Shown here one piece after another: positions 58,252 to 63,195 of a DNA stretch of 63,195 nucleotides (position 1 is its first letter; each line of letters begins with the position of its first letter). A program made the position numbers and the translations under genes. The notes under the pieces are model-generated. The model saw only the letters and a list, made by a program, of their open reading frames with translations. It did no database searches and was not told the DNA's origin. Source of the stretch: Candidatus Calescibacterium sp. (GTDB taxonomy: Bacteria; Calescibacteriota; Calescibacteriia; Calescibacteriales; Calescibacteriaceae); contig JAVVGL010000011.1 in the NCBI GenBank assembly GCA_032249135.1, forward strand, positions 1-63,195, in the 5' to 3' direction.

Positions 58252-59184
58252 TTGGATAAAGTAGTAAAAATCTTTATAGGTGAGAACTCTGGATTTTGCT
58301 TTGGAGTCAAAAGAGCTGTAGATAAAGCAATTGAACTTGCTCAAAACGGAAAAGTTTATTCTTTGGGTTACATAATTCATAACGAACAAGCGGTCCAGAA
58401 ACTAAAAGAAGCAGGAGTTGAAACAATAGAGAATCCAGAAAATATTCTCTCATCAAATCTGAACGGAGCTAAAGTTATAATAAGAACTCACGGAATTAAA
58501 AAGCAAATCGTAGATGAACTAAAAAAAAGAAATGTAGATTTTTTTGATGCTACTTGTCCTTTTGTTGTAAGATCACAAAGGATAGTTGAGAAACTTTCTG
58601 ATCAAGGTTATGGAATTGTTATTTTTGGTAATCCAAGTCATCCAGAAGTAATTGGGGTTGTCTCATATATAAAAACTAAAAAATTCTTCATAGTGCAAAA
58701 GCCAGAAGATGTTGATTCTATCCCATATATAAAAAAGGTTGCTGTTATATCTCAAACCACCCAGAAGCTTGATGATTTCATAGAAATCGTAAAAAGATTA
58801 ATAGAGAAAGGATTTGAAATAAGAGTTTTTAACACTGTCTGTGAGGTCACAGTAGATGCTCAGAAGGAAGCAAAGGAAATAGCCAAGCTCTCTGATGTTG
58901 TTATAGTCATAGGTGGTAAGATGAGCTCAAATACGGAAAAACTCTACAAAGTCTGTAAAGAAATAGTTGAATCTCATAAGATTGAAACTGCTGATGAACT
59001 TGAATTAAGCTGGATTTCGGGAAAGGAAAAAATAGGTATAGTAGCTGGAACTTCCACACCTGACTGGGTTATATCAGATGTCATAAAAAAGATAAAAGAT
59101 TTATCTGAAAGCAAAGAAATTCAAATAGTAAAGGTTGGTAAAAAAAACAAGTTTTCTGCCGAAGTGGCTAATTGGGATGTCTGA
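58252..59184 (+). CDS. ispH: 4-hydroxy-3-methylbut-2-enyl diphosphate reductase
   Basis: GFCFGV.RA, IIHN, DATCPFV, HPEV, SQTT, NTVC, SSNT, GTSTP. Confidence 0.96.
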   Translation: MDKVVKIFIGENSGFCFGVKRAVDKAIELAQNGKVYSLGYIIHNEQAVQKLKEAGVETIENPENILSSNLNGAKVIIRTHGIKKQIVDELKKRNVDFFDATCPFVVRSQRIVEKLSDQGYGIVIFGNPSHPEVIGVVSYIKTKKFFIVQKPEDVDSIPYIKKVAVISQTTQKLDDFIEIVKRLIEKGFEIRVFNTVCEVTVDAQKEAKEIAKLSDVVIVIGGKMSSNTEKLYKVCKEIVESHKIETADELELSWISGKEKIGIVAGTSTPDWVISDVIKKIKDLSESKEIQIVKVGKKNKFSAEVANWDV

Positions 59185-59527
59185 TTGACCGAATTTTAAA
59201 ATTTGCCTTCACTACCATTTTCTTATCTTTTATTTGTATATGCTAACATTTAATCTTTATATTCTTGATATTTCAATTTGAAAATTTGTTTAAAACTCGG
59301 AAAAATCATTTTTAGAGGATTATAATCTATTTTATTTGATTATTTTTGTTAATTATTAATTTTTAATGAGGTGTGAGAATGCAAGATTATCGCAAGTTAA
59401 TATTTATTGATAAGTGATGTGAAGTAGATATTATGAAGAAAAATAATTGATTTATTGCGAAATAAGAAAGTATAGAATTGGAGAATTTATACAAAAGGTT
59501 AGAAGTGAATTTTTAAAATAAAGTAAA

Positions 59528-61594
59528 ATGAGGGCGGAGCAAAGAGAGGAGCAATTTGGTATAAGAGATATAATTTTTGCTTTCAAAAAAAACAAAAAAA
59601 CTTTCATCTTGTCTTTTATTGCTTTTTCTTTTTTTGTTGCATTTTCTCAGTTCATCTTTCTGAAAAAGGAAAAGAAAATCACATACTATGAAGCTAAGGG
59701 CTCTGTTAGTTTCGGGAATTTTTCTTATCTCCCAGCTATAATGCAAAAACTTGGAATTAATATGAATGAGATAAGTCCAGACCTTGAATTTGAATCAAAA
59801 GTGATGGTTTCAGATGAAGTTTTAGGTAGAGCTTTTGATATTCTTCAAAAAGGAAATCATACCCAGGATTACGATGAGAGCAAAAAAAGATTTATAGGAA
59901 ATGTTAGAGGTAATTTATCGGTTTCAATAGATCAAAAAGAAAAATTTATCACTATAACTTTGGTCTGGGGGACAAAAGATGAAGCTGTTCAGATAGTGAA
60001 CGCCATTTTAGATGCATATTATGAATATTCGCAGGAGCGTTTCAAAAATGAAGTATCGCGGGCTGTTGAGATGGTTGATGTTGCTTTGTCTCATATTGAG
60101 GATCTTCTTTCTCGTTCATACCTTGATTTTGCGTCTTTTGCTGCAAAGACGGGAATTGTTGATGCAAAGTATCAGATAAAGCTTATTTTTGATTCTATGC
60201 AGGTTCTGAAAGACAAACTCAGAAATATTGATGTAAAAATAGCAGTATTCAAAAATACACTTTCTGATATAGACCTAAAAAAGAAGATAAGTGCAGAAGA
60301 TATATTCGCTCTTTCTGAAATTGAAGGTGTGGAGAAATTATATGAAGAGTATAATTCACTTCAGATGAAAAGAGACGAGCTTCTTACCCAATATACTGAA
60401 AGACATCCGAAAGTTTTATCAATAGATAATCAGCTCAATTCAATTGTTGAAAGAATGAAAAGAATAATATCATTTGAGATAAGAAGGCTCCAGCTTGAAA
60501 GAGAAGCTGTGATAAAGGAAATAGCGCAAATAAATGAAAGTATATTTAATTTTTCAAGTCAATTTGTTGAATACCTGAGAAAAAGAGACAAGATAGACCT
60601 TATAAACTCTCTGTTTTACAACTATTACGAAGGGTTGATGAATGCGACTTTGCTCGGTGGTATAAGGTTCTCTATGATATCAAAGGTTTCAAAACCTGAA
60701 TTTGCAGTTGCAAGATCATCAAGAGGGAATAAGCTATCATGGATTATTTTCCTAAGCTTTATTGTCGGATTAGTTGCTGGATTTGTATCTGTTTATGTTT
60801 CGGAGGTATTAGATATGAAGTTCCGGTCGGTTGATGAGGTTGAAGAACTAATTTCTGCTCCTATATTGGGAATTTTGCCGAGATTTCACGATGAACCTTC
60901 TCGTCTTGCATTTGAGCAGGGTATTGAGGGGATAAGAATAAATGTGGAACTTCTTTCGTTGAAAAAAAATATAGCGATTTTCTGCTTATCTTCTATCTCT
61001 TCGGAAGGGAAATCAACGATATCTTTTGGTCTTGGAAAATCTTTTGCTGCTTCCGGAAAAAAAGTTGTGGTTTTGGACCTTAATCTCAGGCATCCAGCTC
61101 TCTCAAATTCGCTCGGATATGAAAGTTCCCACGGTTTTGTTGATATCGTAACTTATGACTTGAAGCTTGAAGATGTCTTAAAGAAAATAGATGAAAACTT
61201 TTACTTTATCCCCGCTGGAACTCGCCATCCTTCTCCCTCATCTTTTCTCTCTCATCAGAATGTAAAAGATTTTATAATATCTTTGAAGGAAAAATTTGAT
61301 TATGTAATCGTTGATTCATCTCCAATCCTTGCTGTCTATGACATATTGAATCTGATTCATCTGTCTGATTTCAACATTTTAATTATGGGAACAGATAGAA
61401 TTTCAAAGGTTCATGCAAAGAGAGTGAGCACACTCATCCGACAAGTCAGAAGCAAGATAGATGGTGTTGTTTTGAACTTCGTAGATGAGAAAGTTTCTCC
61501 TTACATAAAATATTATGTGTATAAATACGGATATTATTACTACTATTATCAATCGGGAGACAAAAGTAAAAGAGACAATAAAAAGAGAAAGTAA
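59528..61594 (+). CDS. wzc: Wzc/GumC-type polysaccharide co-polymerase / BY-kinase
   Basis: Two TM helices with a coiled-coil periplasmic loop (YTERHPKV), Walker A EGKST, LDLNLR, IVDSSP, and a C-terminal Tyr cluster YYVYKYGYYYYYY. Confidence 0.88.
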   Translation: MRAEQREEQFGIRDIIFAFKKNKKTFILSFIAFSFFVAFSQFIFLKKEKKITYYEAKGSVSFGNFSYLPAIMQKLGINMNEISPDLEFESKVMVSDEVLGRAFDILQKGNHTQDYDESKKRFIGNVRGNLSVSIDQKEKFITITLVWGTKDEAVQIVNAILDAYYEYSQERFKNEVSRAVEMVDVALSHIEDLLSRSYLDFASFAAKTGIVDAKYQIKLIFDSMQVLKDKLRNIDVKIAVFKNTLSDIDLKKKISAEDIFALSEIEGVEKLYEEYNSLQMKRDELLTQYTERHPKVLSIDNQLNSIVERMKRIISFEIRRLQLEREAVIKEIAQINESIFNFSSQFVEYLRKRDKIDLINSLFYNYYEGLMNATLLGGIRFSMISKVSKPEFAVARSSRGNKLSWIIFLSFIVGLVAGFVSVYVSEVLDMKFRSVDEVEELISAPILGILPRFHDEPSRLAFEQGIEGIRINVELLSLKKNIAIFCLSSISSEGKSTISFGLGKSFAASGKKVVVLDLNLRHPALSNSLGYESSHGFVDIVTYDLKLEDVLKKIDENFYFIPAGTRHPSPSSFLSHQNVKDFIISLKEKFDYVIVDSSPILAVYDILNLIHLSDFNILIMGTDRISKVHAKRVSTLIRQVRSKIDGVVLNFVDEKVSPYIKYYVYKYGYYYYYYQSGDKSKRDNKKRK

Positions 61595-61611
61595 AAAGTA
61601 AAAAATATAGA

Positions 61612-62655
61612 TTAACTTATACTTATCACCTTGTATATCCCTTCTTCAACTTTTTTATATGGAATGAGTGAGCAGATATGATGTTTTTGAGGGCATTCAT
61701 TCTTTCCAAATAGAGAACATGGGCGACATCTTAATTTCCCGTATTCTACAATATATGTCTTACCATAAGGTGAAAATCCCATATGAGGTGTTGTTGAGGT
61801 GAAGATTGCAACGCATGGTATAGAGAGTGCATTTGCTATGTGCATTATTCCTGAATCAACGCTCACTACACAGGAGGATTTTGATATGAGGTAAATCAGA
61901 TCGAGTAGCGATAGTTCTCCAAAAAATTTTTCTCCTCCTTCAATTAGTTTTGAAGTCTCTGGTTTTTCACCAACGACTGCAACTTTGAACCCATTTTTTT
62001 CAAGCGACTTTATAAGCAAGGAACATTCTTTTTCAGACCACATTTTTGTTCTCCAGCGAGATTCGGGAGCAACACATACTATTTTTTTCTCCGGATCTTT
62101 TTTCAAAAAATTTTTTAATTTTTCTGATTCAGGTGATTGCGGAGGGAAAATTTTAGGACTAATATTGATTTCAGAATTGAGATCAAAAGAATAATTTTTT
62201 TCTTCTTCTGATGATTTTAATTCTGATTTTAGGATTTCCAAAGATTTTTCTTTAAATCTCTGAACTACTGGTTTTATTTTTGAGAAATCTTTAAGTAAAA
62301 GTGCTTTTCTTCTCTCAATCCTTTGAGCATCCCATACATATGTCCTTTTTCCCGCAGGGTCTAAAAACATTCTTATGATTTTTGTCAAGATTTTATCTTG
62401 AAGGTCTAAAATAAAATCGGGTTTTATTCTTTTTAATTTTTGTAAAACTTTTATTAGTTCACCTAAAGTTGAATCCTTCAAAGTTATTATCTCCTTGATT
62501 TCAGGATTTAATTTGAGTAATGGTTCATATTTTTCTTTTGTTATGAAAAAAATATCAAAATTTTTTTTTAGTATCTCTACTGCTATCTGAGATAGAACAA
62601 CATCTCCAAGAGAGCTTAACCTTATTATCAGAACTTTTTTCTTTTTATTTGTCAT
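61612..62655 (-). CDS. Glycosyltransferase family 9 (LPS heptosyltransferase-like)
   Basis: IRLSSLGDVV, DLQ, TKMW, VDSGIMHIA, CRPC..C. Confidence 0.9.
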   Translation of the reverse strand: MTNKKKKVLIIRLSSLGDVVLSQIAVEILKKNFDIFFITKEKYEPLLKLNPEIKEIITLKDSTLGELIKVLQKLKRIKPDFILDLQDKILTKIIRMFLDPAGKRTYVWDAQRIERRKALLLKDFSKIKPVVQRFKEKSLEILKSELKSSEEEKNYSFDLNSEINISPKIFPPQSPESEKLKNFLKKDPEKKIVCVAPESRWRTKMWSEKECSLLIKSLEKNGFKVAVVGEKPETSKLIEGGEKFFGELSLLDLIYLISKSSCVVSVDSGIMHIANALSIPCVAIFTSTTPHMGFSPYGKTYIVEYGKLRCRPCSLFGKNECPQKHHICSLIPYKKVEEGIYKVISIS

Positions 62656-62720
62656 TTGTTGCCATCATTATCTTCTTCCTCACTTTTCTTTTTCTTTTTC
62701 TTTTTCTTTCCATTTTCTTG

Positions 62721-63173
62721 TTATTTTAGTGAATTTTTCCTCTTGATTTTTGCTAATTCTTCTTTTATTTCATACACTGAAAGAAAAATTAAAGATAAGA
62801 TTATTATGAGTGCCCAGATTGATGTTTTTACTCCTAAAAATTCAGGAGTCTGACATATATTTCCTTCGCATATTTCTTGCTTACCTATTTTTGTCTCGTT
62901 TATTATAAGAACTATATCTGCCATTATTGCTGGTATCGTTGGGAATATTGAAAGCATTTTTATTTTCTCGTAAAACAAGCTTATTACAAATATTGCACCT
63001 GTGCTTGCAAGACTATATCTTATTATCAGACATAGTTTGCAAGGTAGATTGCCTTGCACGAACTCGACCCAAAAACTCCCTATAATTCCTATTGCGCACA
63101 AGATAATTCCTAACAGGGATCTCTTAGCCCTCACTTTCCAAAAATTATTTATTGTGTTTTGAGATTTCCGCAA
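62721..63173 (-). CDS. Disulfide bond formation protein DsbB family
   Basis: PCKLC..IR, a second Cys pair (CEGNIC) and TM helices. The frame is open to the window edge, so the start is uncertain. Confidence 0.75.
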   Translation of the reverse strand: MRKSQNTINNFWKVRAKRSLLGIILCAIGIIGSFWVEFVQGNLPCKLCLIIRYSLASTGAIFVISLFYEKIKMLSIFPTIPAIMADIVLIINETKIGKQEICEGNICQTPEFLGVKTSIWALIIILSLIFLSVYEIKEELAKIKRKNSLK

Positions 63174-63195
63174 ATTCTGAAAAGTTGGAAGGCAG

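Noticed and set aside
46668..62723. Reassignment of TAA as a sense codon
   Set aside because: Many conserved genes (priA, apt, hppA, clpB, purE) end at TAA at their normal C-terminus, and none has internal stops.
1..63195. tRNA, rRNA, integrase or prophage genes
   Set aside because: No cloverleaf or T-loop signatures, rRNA-like tracts, recombinases or phage structural genes were recognised by eye. A tRNAscan/Infernal run would be needed to exclude short RNAs.

Overview
AT-rich, densely packed bacterial chromosome segment from a probably diderm organism (heptosyltransferase-like GT9, beta-barrel proteins, DsbB and CcmE are present); the taxon cannot be assigned from sequence alone. The left end carries a type I-B-like cas6-cas4-cas1-cas2 block with no Cascade or Cas3 genes and no CRISPR array in the window. 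Next to it are a small ribbon-helix-helix gene and a palindromic repeat pair at the window edge. The rest is mostly housekeeping genes detached from their usual operons (priA, thyX, ccmE, hppA, atpB, glyQ, sppA, apt, nrdJ, glmS, gspF/pilC, ribD, mutS, thrC, cysM, ilvN, dut, clpB, purE, ispH, wzc), plus secreted or surface proteins and a BsaWI-family restriction-modification pair. The most notable observations are: (1) an A8 tract at the MTase-REase junction whose length selects between a truncated REase, a full-length REase and an MTase-REase fusion; (2) the interference-less cas block with its RHH gene and palindromes; (3) tandem barrel/coiled-coil/FnIII paralogues sharing a 311-bp identical core between variable segments; (4) a candidate switch-like RNA leader; (5) an orphan Rpn C-terminal module; (6) a Zn-ribbon fused to ThyX; (7) several single-base lesions (premature TAAs, an altered start codon, degenerate purE and rsmE). 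All family calls come from motif recognition by eye, not from database searches.
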